Positions 9,964 to 23,014 of a stretch of 64,000 nucleotides of DNA are shown one piece after another. Origin of the DNA: Nitrospinales bacterium. GTDB lineage: Bacteria > Nitrospinota > Nitrospinia > Nitrospinales > VA-1. The notes under the pieces are model-generated. The model saw nothing but the letters and a program-made list of their open reading frames with translations, did no database searches and was not told the origin of the DNA. The position numbers and the translations under genes are program-made. The stretch spans positions 320,001 to 384,000 of the forward strand of contig OZ253496.1 in NCBI GenBank assembly GCA_965262115.1. The letters are read 5' to 3'. The number at the start of each line of letters is the position of its first letter. The first letter of the stretch is position 1.

Positions 9964-11349
9964 TTACAGATGTGTCAAGGCAGGTTTCCCTACGGGATAA
10001 ACATTGAACCCTATCTCGTAGAGGGGCTGGTGATCCAGATGATTTCTTCCATCAAAAATAAAAGCGGGTTTTTCCATCGTATCAAAAATTTTCTGGTAGT
10101 CCAGTTCCTTGTATAAAGACCATTCGGTGATCAATGCGATTCCATGTGCCCCCTCAGCCGCTTGATAGGGATCTTCAATAAAGTCTACTTTCTCTTCAGC
10201 ACCTTGAAGGTCTTTCCTGGCATTGTCCAAAGCATAGGGATCGGTAATTTTCAGGCAGGCTTTTTCCTCAAGAAGCCGCTTGCAAATATAAATCGCAGGA
10301 GCAGCCCGGGTATCCCCTGTGTCCGGCTTGAATGCGAAACCAAAGACCGCCAGTTTCTTTCCAGCCAGCGTATTGAACATGGCCTGCAGAATACGCCGGA
10401 CATATCTCTCCATCTGATAGTCATTGATCGAGACCACCTGCTCCCAGAAAGCGGCAATCTCATTCAACTGATAATGTTCACACAAATAGACCAGACTCAA
10501 AATATCCTTGCTAAAACAGGAGCCGCCAAACCCCGGCCCGGCATTCAGAAATCTGGAACCGATCCTCGAATCCATCCCGATAGCGCGGGAAACCTCCGTC
10601 ACATCGGCCTCTGTCACCTCGCACAGGGAAGCAATGCTGTTAATGGAAGAGATTCGCTGAGCGAGGAAAGCGTTGGCTACCAGTTTTGAGAGCTCGCTAC
10701 TCCATAGATTGGTGGTGATCAAGCGTTCCCTTGGAACCCAATGAAGATATATATCCATCAAAATATCGCGAGCTGCGATTCCAGACGGAGTGCCCATTGA
10801 ACCGATCAGAATCCGGTCTGGGTCTTCCATATCACTGATCCCCGTTCCTTCTGCCATGAACTCAGGATTGGATAAAATTTCAAACTGGACTGAGTTGTTG
10901 CCCGAATGAAGAATGGTTTCCAGAGTCTCTGCGGCGCGAACAGGAAGCGTACTTTTTTCCACAACGATTTTGTTGGATTTGGAGTTTTCTTTTATACGTC
11001 TCGCCGTTTGCTCAATAAATTGCAGATCAACAGCTTTTCCTGCCCCTTCCCCAAACATTTTAGTGGGCGTGTTGACGCTGACAAAAATGATGTCCGCTTC
11101 ATCAATACAGCGATCAATTTCCGTAGAGAAAAACAGGTTTTTCCCACGAGCACTCAGCACCCGTTCCTGCAATCCTGGCTCAAAAATGGGCAGTTTGTCT
11201 GAGTTCCAAGCATTGATCCTTTCCTCGGAAATATCGACAACCGTCACCTTATAATCGGGGCATTTGTTGGCAATGATGGTCATGGTCGGTCCTCCGACAT
11301 AACCTGCTCCGATACACATAATATTTTTTTTGAAATTTTTTGATGCCAT
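9964..11349 (-). CDS. ugd: UDP-glucose 6-dehydrogenase
   Basis: CIGAGYVGG, EKSTLP, SNPEF, GFGGSCF and FAFKPDT motifs. Confidence 0.96.
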   Translation of the reverse strand: MASKNFKKNIMCIGAGYVGGPTMTIIANKCPDYKVTVVDISEERINAWNSDKLPIFEPGLQERVLSARGKNLFFSTEIDRCIDEADIIFVSVNTPTKMFGEGAGKAVDLQFIEQTARRIKENSKSNKIVVEKSTLPVRAAETLETILHSGNNSVQFEILSNPEFMAEGTGISDMEDPDRILIGSMGTPSGIAARDILMDIYLHWVPRERLITTNLWSSELSKLVANAFLAQRISSINSIASLCEVTEADVTEVSRAIGMDSRIGSRFLNAGPGFGGSCFSKDILSLVYLCEHYQLNEIAAFWEQVVSINDYQMERYVRRILQAMFNTLAGKKLAVFGFAFKPDTGDTRAAPAIYICKRLLEEKACLKITDPYALDNARKDLQGAEEKVDFIEDPYQAAEGAHGIALITEWSLYKELDYQKIFDTMEKPAFIFDGRNHLDHQPLYEIGFNVYPVGKPALTHL

Positions 11350-11386
11350 TAGGAACTTTTCGGTAAATAAGAAGTAAGGCTTGAAG

Positions 11387-11423
11387 AAAAAAAGGCCTGG
11401 CCCTGGAGGGACCAGACCTTTTT
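11387..11423 (-). terminator. intrinsic terminator after the c554-like gene
   Basis: Minus strand AAAAGGTCTGGTCCCT-CC-AGGGCCAGGCCTTTTTTT: GC stem plus U tract about 20 nt after the stop. Confidence 0.8.
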
Positions 11424-11442
11424 ATTTAGGAATCAGGAAAAA

Positions 11443-12369
11443 TCACTTTTTATAATTGAAGGTTTTTTTCTTGCTGTTATAAGGCTTAGTACCTTTTATA
11501 AATTTCAGCTTACCTTTGTCATTGATCTTAAAGTCTTCAATCGACAACGGGGTTTTCTCCGTCTGGCCGACTTGTTTAGCGCGTTCGTCCTTTTTCTCCA
11601 GTTTCTGGTCCAAATTATCGTCGTTCCAGTAATCCTCGAATTTGTGGACCTTCAACTTCCTTTCCTCAAAGTTGAACTTGTACTTATCATGGACCTCAGG
11701 TTTGAAAGGAGTGTTCTTATGCGTATGACAACGGGTGCAGACATTGGCATAATCCCAGCGCTGTCCGTATTGCTCCGTCTCCGCTTTAGTGAAATTTCCT
11801 TTAGAGGATTTCATTACGGCCCGGAACTGAGAACCACCGGCAACTGAGTGACACATTTCACAACCGACCTGCTCCTTGTTCGGCTCCTCCGGATCTATCT
11901 TACTGGCCGTGTCCTTGCCTTTTTTACTCTTGCTACCAGCCGGTTTGAATCCGCCTTTTTGACGATAACCAGTTGTATGGCATCGCAAACAAAGGGGTAT
12001 TGTGGTGTAATCTTTTTCAGGGTCCAGTTTAACCCGTAACTTGGCTTCTTTACGTTCACCCGGTTTTAACAAGTTATAGGTACCGCCATGGGATGATTTT
12101 GTCCAAGCCTGGTAATAAGCGTCATGACAACTGCCGTTACATTTGACAGCGCCGACATATTTTGGTTTTTTCCTCATGTCCTTGACCGCCTTGGCCCGTT
12201 TTTTGGGTTTGACTTCCCATTTATCAAACATGGCCGTTTCTTCTGCGGTCAATTCAATTTTCTTTTTCTTTTTAGCGTCCGCCTCAATACCTGTTCCAAA
12301 GACCAGAACCAAGGAAACCAAACTCAGAACTTTCACAATTCGTCCAATTTTCCACTCCCTTTTTTCCAC
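11443..12369 (-). CDS. tetraheme cytochrome c554-family protein
   Basis: Signal peptide; CNGSCH, CLRCH, CEMCH, CTRCH; LKPGERKEAK..KLDPEKDYT..C..CH..G..QKGG and TPFKPEV..KYKF resemble AOB cytochrome c554 as I recall it. Confidence 0.85.
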   Translation of the reverse strand: MEKREWKIGRIVKVLSLVSLVLVFGTGIEADAKKKKKIELTAEETAMFDKWEVKPKKRAKAVKDMRKKPKYVGAVKCNGSCHDAYYQAWTKSSHGGTYNLLKPGERKEAKLRVKLDPEKDYTTIPLCLRCHTTGYRQKGGFKPAGSKSKKGKDTASKIDPEEPNKEQVGCEMCHSVAGGSQFRAVMKSSKGNFTKAETEQYGQRWDYANVCTRCHTHKNTPFKPEVHDKYKFNFEERKLKVHKFEDYWNDDNLDQKLEKKDERAKQVGQTEKTPLSIEDFKINDKGKLKFIKGTKPYNSKKKTFNYKK

Positions 12370-12415
12370 AAACCCTCCGTGTATTTGAGGCTAGGTTTAC
12401 ACAATAATCCTGATC

Positions 12416-12432
12416 GGGGGGGGGGGGGGGGG
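12416..12432. repeat. G17 homopolymer
   Basis: 17 consecutive G, about 47 nt upstream of the c554-like start. Confidence 0.9.
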
Positions 12433-12515
12433 AACCCACTGATTCAATGCCCCTCACACGACAGGGGAAGGATAATATAAATCCTTTACCGGGTCAATAG
12501 CTGAGTACCTCCGCC

Positions 12516-12696
12516 CACTGGGCGTGGGGCCGATGAGCACGTGATATTCTTCTGCGCTGTGATGATCCTCTTCCTTAAACCTCATGCCCCGGAGGGGTAA
12601 GAGCCCGTCGAGCCTCCAAAACTATTTGCTCGCCAAACAAAGAATTATAGACGGCTTAACGAGCTCTTGCTATATTTTCCCCCACGGGAGTGGGCA
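12516..12696 (-). repeat. modular intergenic repeat, copy 1 (modules B, C, D, A)
   Basis: Reverse complement contains TGCCCACTCCCGTGGG and TACCCCTCCGGGGCATGA, identical to 55299-55314 and 55383-55400. Confidence 0.85.
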
Positions 12697-12722
12697 ATAC
12701 TAAACCTATCCGGACGAGTTCC

Positions 12723-13784
12723 TTGAACCATAAGCTTTCCCATTACGATTTTGCTTTACCCGCCGACCTGATTGCCCAAAAACCAACCCAACGCAGAGGC
12801 CAATCTCGCTTGCTGGTGGTGAATCGGAAAAAACAAACCCTGACGCACGATACTTTTGCCAATCTAAAATACCATCTCAACAATCATCCTCTGATGATTT
12901 TTAATGATACCCGTGTCATCCCCGCAAAACTTCTGGCCCGACTGGAATCCAAGCAAGTAGAAATTTTGCTCATTCGTGAGTTGGAATCTGAGGTGTGGGA
13001 AGTCATGATGAAGGGACTAGGCCGGTTAAAGCCAGGGGTCCTGCTCAAATTTGGAAATAGCAGTTTAAGCGCCCAATTCCTCAGGCGGCAGGACGATCGG
13101 GCTGTTATAAGGTTCTCATCCGCAAAAAAGCTTTTAGCTCATTTAAACAAAGACGGGCGAATGCCTCTGCCTCCATATATCCATAGACCCCTTGACACGA
13201 GTTCAAAAACCCTGGAGTTGGACCGAAAGCGTTACCAAACTGTTTTTGCCTCGCATACCGGGGCCATAGCCGCCCCGACAGCAGGACTACATTTCACTCA
13301 GTCACAATTAGCAAGTCTGCGGGAGAAAACTGTCAACACCGCCCACTTGACCCTGCATGTGGGACCAGGAACTTTCGTTCCCATCCGTGATGAATATTTT
13401 ATTGACCACAAAATGCAGGAAGAATATTTTCAAATTTCTCCTGGAAACTGGAACAAGATCACTCGAGCAAAAAGGAAAGGGCAAGCCATATTGGCGGTGG
13501 GAACAACATCGACCCGGGTCCTGGAGACCCAGAGGTTTGAGAAAGCTATCCAGAAAACGGTATCCGGTTGGAGCAATTGCTTTATTTATCCGGGATGGGA
13601 ATTCAGGAATGTGGATCACCTGCTCACCAACTTTCACCTACCCAAATCAACGCTGTTTTTACTGGTTTGCGCTTTCATGGGCGATAAAATGGCGAAAACA
13701 GCCTATAGCGAGGCTATTAAGCGAAAATACCGCTTTTTCAGTTACGGTGATGCCATGAAAATAAGGCCCTTGGCCAAGATTTGA
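12723..13784 (+). CDS. queA: S-adenosylmethionine:tRNA ribosyltransferase-isomerase
   Basis: YDFALPADLIAQ, FNDTRVIPA, PLPPYI, AAPTAGLHFT, TNFHLPKS, FFSYGDAM; TTG 12723 preferred to GTG 12690, which lies inside a repeat. Confidence 0.95.
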   Translation: MNHKLSHYDFALPADLIAQKPTQRRGQSRLLVVNRKKQTLTHDTFANLKYHLNNHPLMIFNDTRVIPAKLLARLESKQVEILLIRELESEVWEVMMKGLGRLKPGVLLKFGNSSLSAQFLRRQDDRAVIRFSSAKKLLAHLNKDGRMPLPPYIHRPLDTSSKTLELDRKRYQTVFASHTGAIAAPTAGLHFTQSQLASLREKTVNTAHLTLHVGPGTFVPIRDEYFIDHKMQEEYFQISPGNWNKITRAKRKGQAILAVGTTSTRVLETQRFEKAIQKTVSGWSNCFIYPGWEFRNVDHLLTNFHLPKSTLFLLVCAFMGDKMAKTAYSEAIKRKYRFFSYGDAMKIRPLAKI

Positions 13785-14069
13785 TCAAGCCTTACCCTCA
13801 TCCACCACTTGCTTGAAAAATTTACCCGATTTAAAACGAACCACCTTCCGCGCAGAAATTTCAGCTTCTTCCCCGGTTTTGGGGTTTCTGCCAATACGCT
13901 TGGTTTTTGCACGCACCTGAAATGTTCCAAACCGACGCAAGATGACCGGCTCTCCATGACCGAGAGATCCTTTAATCAACTCGATCACTGTTTCCACAGC
14001 CTCTTCAGACTTAGCTCTTGATAAACTAGCACGAGATGAGACCTGGTTTATGATATCTTGTTTAGTCAT
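13785..14069 (-). CDS. ihfA: HU/IHF-family DNA-binding protein (IHF alpha-like)
   Basis: FGTF..R....GRNPKTGEE..ISARKVVRFK; subunit assignment tentative. Confidence 0.85.
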   Translation of the reverse strand: MTKQDIINQVSSRASLSRAKSEEAVETVIELIKGSLGHGEPVILRRFGTFQVRAKTKRIGRNPKTGEEAEISARKVVRFKSGKFFKQVVDEGKA

Positions 14070-14445
14070 ACTCCCTCCTCAAAACAAACTAATGATATTT
14101 TTAAAAATTGAATTGGCCAAAATAGTAATTTCTAAATTCACACCTTGATAAAAATCCGTATCTCGCCTGTAACATCACCAAGGTAAAACCGGGAATCTCT
14201 ACGGCTATAAAACAACCTCCTAATACTTGCATCGGTGGCATTACTTTATCACTTAAATTAAAAATATCAATAATTAATTCAAGAATTTAGCAGTATTTTC
14301 CTGTCACCGAAGTTTTTCAAATTTCACGCTTGACAAAGTTCCAAAAAGACCAAAATAGGAGGCCCGGATAACCCTTTCTTTAAAAAGGATTATGGAAATA
14401 CCAAATTAACGGGCATGAGCAATCAGAAATCAACAGGGAAAATAA

Positions 14446-14760
14446 TTATGGGGACAGAGGTGAGGATATTTGCGTTTGGACGATGTGATAAACCTGGTCG
14501 CCGGGTTTGATCAGATTTAGTTTTTCGCGGGCAATTTTTTCAATTTCGTATGGATCGGACTTCAAAGCAGTGATTTCCAACCGAATTTTTCCATTCTTTG
14601 CCCGCAAACTTTCATTCTCGTTTTTCATTTTAAGTTGTTCCTGCTCCAACCGGTAAGCATTCAAAATACCATTCTCATGAAAGACCGCCATCATGGCCAA
14701 CAGCAAAAAAAAGCCAAGGCTCAACAAAATTATTTTCTGGTATCGAGTATTTTCAGTCAT
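14446..14760 (-). CDS. ftsB: septum formation initiator FtsB/DivIC
   Basis: TM helix, coiled coil, IEKIAREKLNLIKPGD; downstream of eno. Confidence 0.88.
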   Translation of the reverse strand: MTENTRYQKIILLSLGFFLLLAMMAVFHENGILNAYRLEQEQLKMKNENESLRAKNGKIRLEITALKSDPYEIEKIAREKLNLIKPGDQVYHIVQTQISSPLSP

Positions 14761-14805
14761 AAAATTGCATCTATTATTTAGATAATAACCTGAAAGTCAA
14801 CGCAG

Positions 14806-17395
<2,590 letters not shown>

Positions 17396-17396
<1 letters not shown>

Positions 17397-18247
17397 TAAC
17401 CGAATAAAATCGAAAGTTCATCCTTTAGAGCTGGTGGAATTTTTTCAGGATCGGTGACCACAGCGAATTTGGCAGCATCACAACAGGAGCAAGGTTCAAT
17501 GCTTTCCAACATGGGTAATAACTCCCTTAAAACTTTCTGCGCCTGCTCCACATTTTTATGCATGATTTCCAACACTGCCTCAAGGGTGACAGGCTCTTCT
17601 TCCACATGCCAACAATCGAAGTCCGTCACCAAAGCCAGGGTTGAATAACATAATCCCGCTTCCCGGGCCAGTTTGGCCTCGGTGACATTGGTCATTCCTA
17701 TAACATCGACATCCCACTGCCGGTATAACAGAGACTCTGCTCGGGTGGAAAACTGGGGGCCTTCAATACAAATATAAGTTCCCCCTTCATGAACCTCTGC
17801 GCCAGCCTTTTGGGCGGCCTTAAAGAGGGTACCCGCAGTAGAAAGGCAAACCGGATCGGCCAGACTGACATGACCGACCATCCCTTGGGTAAAAAATGTA
17901 CTGATGCGCTTATACGTCCGGTCGATAAATTGATGCGGCACCACAAAATGGCCCGGAGGCATATTTTCCTTCATGCCTCCTACGGCGCTCACGGAAATAA
18001 TCCGCTCAACGCCGATTTTTTTCATGGCAAAAATATTTGCCCTGAAATTTATCTCAGAGGGCGGAATAACATGCCCTACCCCGTGGCGGGGAAGAAAAGC
18101 CAATTTAACCCCATCCAGTTTCCCAATAACGATGCTATCCGAAGGCGAACCATACGGAGTGTCCACCGTTACCTTCTCGATCACCTCAAGGCCCTTCATC
18201 TGGTATAATCCGCTTCCGCCGATCACACCCAGCAGTTTCTCCGCCAT
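17396..18247 (-). CDS. mtnP: S-methyl-5'-thioadenosine phosphorylase
   Basis: IGGSGLY, PRHG..H, EGPQFSTRAES, GMT, VTDFDCW. Confidence 0.93.
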
Positions 18248-18417
18248 GAAAATTCACTCCACTAATTATTGAAAGGGATTTAGCTCAAAGACCGTTGAGT
18301 TTAAATAAGGATAAAAGGCACTGGACAAGCAGAAAGCCTATCCGATTGACAAAATTACAACCCGCTCTCCACTCTAAGGGAGAGGCTATGGGTTTCCGAC
18401 CCGTTGAATCAACCCGG

Positions 18418-20688
18418 CTAATCCGAGTCCTCTTTTTTTCTTTCTACTTCGCCCAACAAAAATTTCAATTCCGAGATCTGCTCTCCAGCCTGGCTAATTA
18501 CAGCTTCCTCTTTTTTGAGGTTTTGAACCTTGACATTCACATCCTCCGCCAACAAGTTCAGTGAACTCAATCGTTTTTCCACCACACCCAGGGTATTGAT
18601 TTTGCTGTTCAGCAGATCAATTTTTGATTCTGCTTCTTCAGTAATGCTGGTTAGTTTTTCAATATTGAGGTTGATTCTATCGAGGTTGTCTCTTTCCTTA
18701 TCGATTCTGGCTTTTTCGGTATTGGTGCGGTTGATAACGACCTCAAGTTCGCCAAGAGCCTGCTGGGTGCGCTTGACTTTTTCTTCGCTTTCATGAACCT
18801 GGCTGATACGGTTTTCCGTCCTCTCCAGCATATTGTTGAGTTGATCCATTTTCTTTTCAACATCCAGCATGAACTCCTGCTTTTCATCCAGAGCGGCCTG
18901 CTTGTTACGCAAATCCTTCATCAGATTATCAAGTTCATGAAGTTTTGAATCTGTCTTTTCCACTTGGGCCGAGCCTTTGTTCAACTCGTCCATTTTGCCC
19001 TCAAAGTTAGTGGTTATCTGCCCCAGTTCCTCCCGAATCTGATCGATTTTGGAAATTTCGTCTTTGGCTTCCTGAACTTCTTTAAACCGGATCCGCAATT
19101 CAATTTCCTGAATACTCAATTTGGAGGAGATGTTGTTCATCCTTTTTTCCTGATCATCAATCGCTGCCTTTTCCTTGGCCAGATCGAGGATTTTCTCCTC
19201 AATCGTGTTTGCCATGGACTTCAAATCCTCAAGCTTCTGGTCCACTTTCTCAAGGAAATCGATTTTCTTGGAAACTTTAGCAATTTTGATGTTTGCCTCT
19301 TCAATGAAGAAATCCAGCCCGTCCACCTTCTTCTCCATTTTCTCAATGAGGGCCTTTCTCTGCATCTGCGCTTCCATCTTCACATCAAGGCTGATGACCA
19401 TGGAGCTAAGATCGTTGATCTTTTTATCCACCTGATCCACCAACTGTTGCTTGCGAATGATCTCATCCATTTGTTGCTGGGTGGACTCATTCATCACCTC
19501 AACCTGCTTGAGAATCCCGGAAACCGTATCGATTTTCTTGATGTCCTCATCCAGCCGACTGACCTTCTGTTCCGCTTCCTCAGACATAACATTGAAGCGG
19601 CTCATCATTTCATTGGCATCATCAATGACCTTCATCTCATCCTTCAAAATCTTCATTTTATTGCTGAGATTGTCCATAAGAAAGGAGTTGAGCTTGTGTA
19701 TTTTCTCCTCGGTCTTTTCAATCATGGACTTTTCGTCCTGGATCCTGGCAATCCTGGTTTCCACATCCACGGACAAAGAATCCAGGTCCCGCAAACGCCC
19801 AGTGATGCTCCGGATCATTTCATTTTTAACCAAAATGTTCTTGGATTCGATTTTAAGATCGCTGATTTGTTGCATCAGGCTGTGGAGAGTTTCCTGAGTC
19901 TCAACAATCATATGGCTCTGCCCAAGGAGCTTTTCATAATCCCCCTGCACACTGACAAGGATACGTTTCAACTCTTCCGTATCCTGGGTATGGCTTCCTA
20001 TGGTTTCTTTATCCTGCTTGATCCGTTCATAGCGGCTATCGAGCTCGCCCAGGGTGTCCTTCATGACCCCGACTTTTACAGCGGTCGTTCTCAACAACTC
20101 TTTCATGTTGACAACGTCCTGCACCTGACTCGAAACATTATCGAGCATATGCTCAAGCCGGTTGATATTACGATCAGCAGATTTGAGGAGTTTACTTTCC
20201 TCGCGCAGTTTTTTAATTTTGGAATCCATGTCCCAGACCAGGACATTTAGGCGGCCCGCATCTTCGTTGGCTTTTTCAACAACCTGTTTTTGCTGACTCA
20301 GGCTTTTAATCTTGCTGTCAATATGCTCGTTAAGCAAATGCAGTTCATCTAAATCCTTTTTCAGAGCGTTGTAATTGGAGTTCACCTCTTTTGAAACACG
20401 CTGAAAGTCACGCACCCGAACATTAAAATTCTTGATCTCCTCAAAACGCACGTCCAACGAATCCAGTTTCCTTAACGCATCAGGCACCTGTCCGCTGACG
20501 TGGTCAAAAGACCTTTTTTTGTCTTCCAGTTCCCCTGACTTCTGCTCAAAATACTCTACGAGCAATTGCAGGTTCTTGCGCTCATGCGAGGCAACCTTAA
20601 TGAGTTCTTTAAATTCTTTAGGGTCGAAACCGGCTTTTCCTGAGGGTATGGAACCTTGCGGAGTCTCAGGTTTGAAATCTTCAGCCAT
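18418..20688 (-). CDS. long coiled-coil protein with 31-residue repeats
   Basis: 756 aa, K/E-rich, no TM or ATPase motif; about 21 tandem 31-aa units. Confidence 0.85.
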   Translation of the reverse strand: MAEDFKPETPQGSIPSGKAGFDPKEFKELIKVASHERKNLQLLVEYFEQKSGELEDKKRSFDHVSGQVPDALRKLDSLDVRFEEIKNFNVRVRDFQRVSKEVNSNYNALKKDLDELHLLNEHIDSKIKSLSQQKQVVEKANEDAGRLNVLVWDMDSKIKKLREESKLLKSADRNINRLEHMLDNVSSQVQDVVNMKELLRTTAVKVGVMKDTLGELDSRYERIKQDKETIGSHTQDTEELKRILVSVQGDYEKLLGQSHMIVETQETLHSLMQQISDLKIESKNILVKNEMIRSITGRLRDLDSLSVDVETRIARIQDEKSMIEKTEEKIHKLNSFLMDNLSNKMKILKDEMKVIDDANEMMSRFNVMSEEAEQKVSRLDEDIKKIDTVSGILKQVEVMNESTQQQMDEIIRKQQLVDQVDKKINDLSSMVISLDVKMEAQMQRKALIEKMEKKVDGLDFFIEEANIKIAKVSKKIDFLEKVDQKLEDLKSMANTIEEKILDLAKEKAAIDDQEKRMNNISSKLSIQEIELRIRFKEVQEAKDEISKIDQIREELGQITTNFEGKMDELNKGSAQVEKTDSKLHELDNLMKDLRNKQAALDEKQEFMLDVEKKMDQLNNMLERTENRISQVHESEEKVKRTQQALGELEVVINRTNTEKARIDKERDNLDRINLNIEKLTSITEEAESKIDLLNSKINTLGVVEKRLSSLNLLAEDVNVKVQNLKKEEAVISQAGEQISELKFLLGEVERKKEDSD

Positions 20689-20754
20689 AACAAAAGTCCT
20701 GTATCAAAGAGGAATGTTTTTTGGCAAAGGGCCAAATACCATAAGGTACTATGT

Positions 20755-20783
20755 TTTATATACTTATGGGAAATAAATGTCAA
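20755..20783 (-). promoter_or_regulatory. sigma70-type promoter for the coiled-coil gene
   Basis: TTGACA-17 nt-TATAAA on the minus strand. Confidence 0.65.
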
Positions 20784-20789
20784 GCTACT

Positions 20790-20890
20790 AGCCGCCGCTA
20801 AGCGCGGAGCCAGCGTGACGCTGGACCCAATGAGCAATGCCTCTGTTTGCTAGCAAAGAGTCATCTCGGCTTGATGAGTTCTTACCCGGT
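20790..20890 (-). repeat. modular intergenic repeat, copy 2 (modules C and E)
   Basis: rc GGGTAAGAACTCATCAAGCCGAGATGACTCTTTGCTAGCAAACAGAGGCATTGC; palindrome CCAGCGTGACGCTGG also found near 53735. Confidence 0.8.
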
Positions 20891-20913
20891 TTCCTCCTCT
20901 GGCAAGGAACCGG

Positions 20914-21930
20914 CTATCTTTGAGTCAGGCATTCTGCAATTTGAACAGCATTGAGCGCCGCCCCCTTGCGCAAGTTGTCGGACACCACCCAGAAGTTGAT
21001 GGCATTCTTGCAGGAAATATCATCACGAATTCGGCCCACAAACACCTCATCCCTGCCAGCCCCATCAATCGCCAACGGGTATTCGTTGGTCGCGGGATTA
21101 TCAACCACTCGAATGCCAGGTTGTCCTGACAATAGTTTCTTAACCTCCGTGGCACTGATAGGTTCCTCGGTTTCCACATTCACGGATTCAGAATGACTAT
21201 AAAATACCGGCACTCGAACCGTGGTGGGTGAGACCTGAATCGATGCATCACCAAGAATCTTTCGAGTCTCATCCACCATCTTCATCTCTTCTTTGGTGTA
21301 GCCATTATCTAAAAAAGTATCTATGTGCGGCAAACAGTTAAATGCTATTTGATGTGGATATACATTAGATTTAGATGGTTTGCCGTCCAGCAGGTTTTTA
21401 GTCTGGGTTCGCAGTTCTTCTATAGCCTTTTGACCGGAACCGGAAACAGACTGATAAGTGGAAACCACAACCCGTTTTATTTTAAATTTGTCATGGATCG
21501 GCTTTAACACCATCACCATTTGAATGGTCGAACAATTGGGATTGGCAATGATACCGGGGTCAGAGCCGATTGCTTCCGGATTCACCTCCGGCACCACCAA
21601 CGGGGTATCCGGTTCCATACGAAACGCACTGCTGTTATCAATCACGATGCAACCGGACTTCACAGCAAAAGGGGCAAACTGACGGCTCACACTGGCTCCC
21701 GCCGAAAACAGGGCAATATCTACCCCCGCAAACGAATTTTCGCTCAACTCTTCAACGGTGACAGGATTTTCTTTGAAGGTAAGGGTTTGCCCCACCGACC
21801 TGGCCGATGCCAGAGCCTTCAGGTCAGCGACAGGGAAGTCCCGCTCTGCAAGAATTTCGAGCATTTTTCTTCCCACCGCACCAGTAGCACCAGTTACCGC
21901 GACATTGTATTGTTTCTTCTTAGCCAACAT
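20914..21930 (-). CDS. asd: aspartate-semialdehyde dehydrogenase
   Basis: [32 protein letters not shown]. Confidence 0.97.
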   Translation of the reverse strand: MLAKKKQYNVAVTGATGAVGRKMLEILAERDFPVADLKALASARSVGQTLTFKENPVTVEELSENSFAGVDIALFSAGASVSRQFAPFAVKSGCIVIDNSSAFRMEPDTPLVVPEVNPEAIGSDPGIIANPNCSTIQMVMVLKPIHDKFKIKRVVVSTYQSVSGSGQKAIEELRTQTKNLLDGKPSKSNVYPHQIAFNCLPHIDTFLDNGYTKEEMKMVDETRKILGDASIQVSPTTVRVPVFYSHSESVNVETEEPISATEVKKLLSGQPGIRVVDNPATNEYPLAIDGAGRDEVFVGRIRDDISCKNAINFWVVSDNLRKGAALNAVQIAECLTQR

Positions 21931-23014
21931 TCTTTTTCTCCAGCTCTTCAGCAATCAAATCACCCATTGCCTGGGTTCCCACCTCTTTCATGCCCGCAGA
22001 CATAATGTCACGGGTGCGGACCCCTTTGGCCAACACCGCTTCAACCGCTTGTTCTATCCAAATATTCGACTCCTCACGCTCCAGAGAATACTTGAACATC
22101 ATGCCTACGGATAAAATTGTAGCCAGCGGATTGGCCCACTCCTGACCTGCAATATCCGGCGCACTGCCATGTATAGGTTCATACATGGCATATTTTTCAC
22201 CAAGACTTGCAGATGGCAACATACCTATTGATCCGGTGAGCATGGATGCCTCATCACTTAAAATATCACCGAACATATTGGTCGTCAGGATGACATCAAA
22301 TTGTTTGGGGTTTCTCACCAATTGCATGGCGCAGTTATCCACATACATATGCGAAAGGTTCACATCTGAGTAATCGGAATGCAAGTTGGTCACTACCTCG
22401 CGCCAGAAACCGGTCGACTCCAACACATTAGCCTTATCCACCGAGCAAACAGATTTGTTACGTTTGCGGGCCACATCAAAGGCGATGCGAGCAATGCGCT
22501 CAATTTCCGGCTCGGTATAAACCAGGGTGTTGAATCCTCTGCGGGTGCCATCTTCGAGTGTATCAACCCCGCGCGGCTGGCCGAAATAAATCCCGCCGGT
22601 CAATTCACGCACTACAAGAAGATCCAAACCTTCGACCACTTCACGCTTCAGCGTGGACGCCTCAACCAAAGCTGGGAAAATACGCGCCGGACGAAGGTTG
22701 GCATAAAGCCCCAAGCTGGACCGAAGTCCCAACAAGGCACGTTCTGGTCTGAGGGAAAAGTCAATATTCTCCCACTTAGGGCCGCCAACCGCGCCTAACA
22801 ATATCGCATCGGCATTTTGCGCCGCTTTCAGGGAAGCATCCGGCAAAGGGTGACCGGTAGCTTCATAACCCGCGCCTCCAACCGGCGCCTCATTGATATT
22901 CATCTTTAAACCCAGTTTGGACTCGATGATCTTGAGAATTTTTAGAGCTTCGCGGATCACTTCCGGCCCGATTCCGTCACCGGGGAACACCGCAATATTG
23001 AATTCAGTTTTCAT
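21920..23014 (-). CDS. leuB: 3-isopropylmalate dehydrogenase
   Basis: [45 protein letters not shown]. Confidence 0.97.
   Translation of the reverse strand: MKTEFNIAVFPGDGIGPEVIREALKILKIIESKLGLKMNINEAPVGGAGYEATGHPLPDASLKAAQNADAILLGAVGGPKWENIDFSLRPERALLGLRSSLGLYANLRPARIFPALVEASTLKREVVEGLDLLVVRELTGGIYFGQPRGVDTLEDGTRRGFNTLVYTEPEIERIARIAFDVARKRNKSVCSVDKANVLESTGFWREVVTNLHSDYSDVNLSHMYVDNCAMQLVRNPKQFDVILTTNMFGDILSDEASMLTGSIGMLPSASLGEKYAMYEPIHGSAPDIAGQEWANPLATILSVGMMFKYSLEREESNIWIEQAVEAVLAKGVRTRDIMSAGMKEVGTQAMGDLIAEELEKKNVG

Noticed and set aside
9964..11349. Eukaryote-to-bacterium transfer of ugd
   Set aside because: The CIGAGYVGGPT-type enzyme resembles plant and animal UGDH but also occurs in many bacteria; there is no local sign of transfer.
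11443..12369. Evidence that the organism oxidises ammonia
   Set aside because: No amo, hao or cycB in the window; c554 similarity alone is insufficient.
13750..13790. Aberrant queA C-terminus (GDAMKIRPLAKI) abutting the ihfA stop
   Set aside because: All catalytic motifs are present; a few altered terminal residues are too weak to call a lesion.
18964..20250. 428-aa plus-strand ORF and other long antisense ORFs (e.g. 14881-16170, 33241-33909, 8-424)
   Set aside because: They are shadows of well-supported minus-strand genes and show no motifs.
18418..20688. SMC/Rad50 or phage tape-measure call for the coiled-coil protein
   Set aside because: No Walker motifs, hinge, TM segment or phage neighbours.
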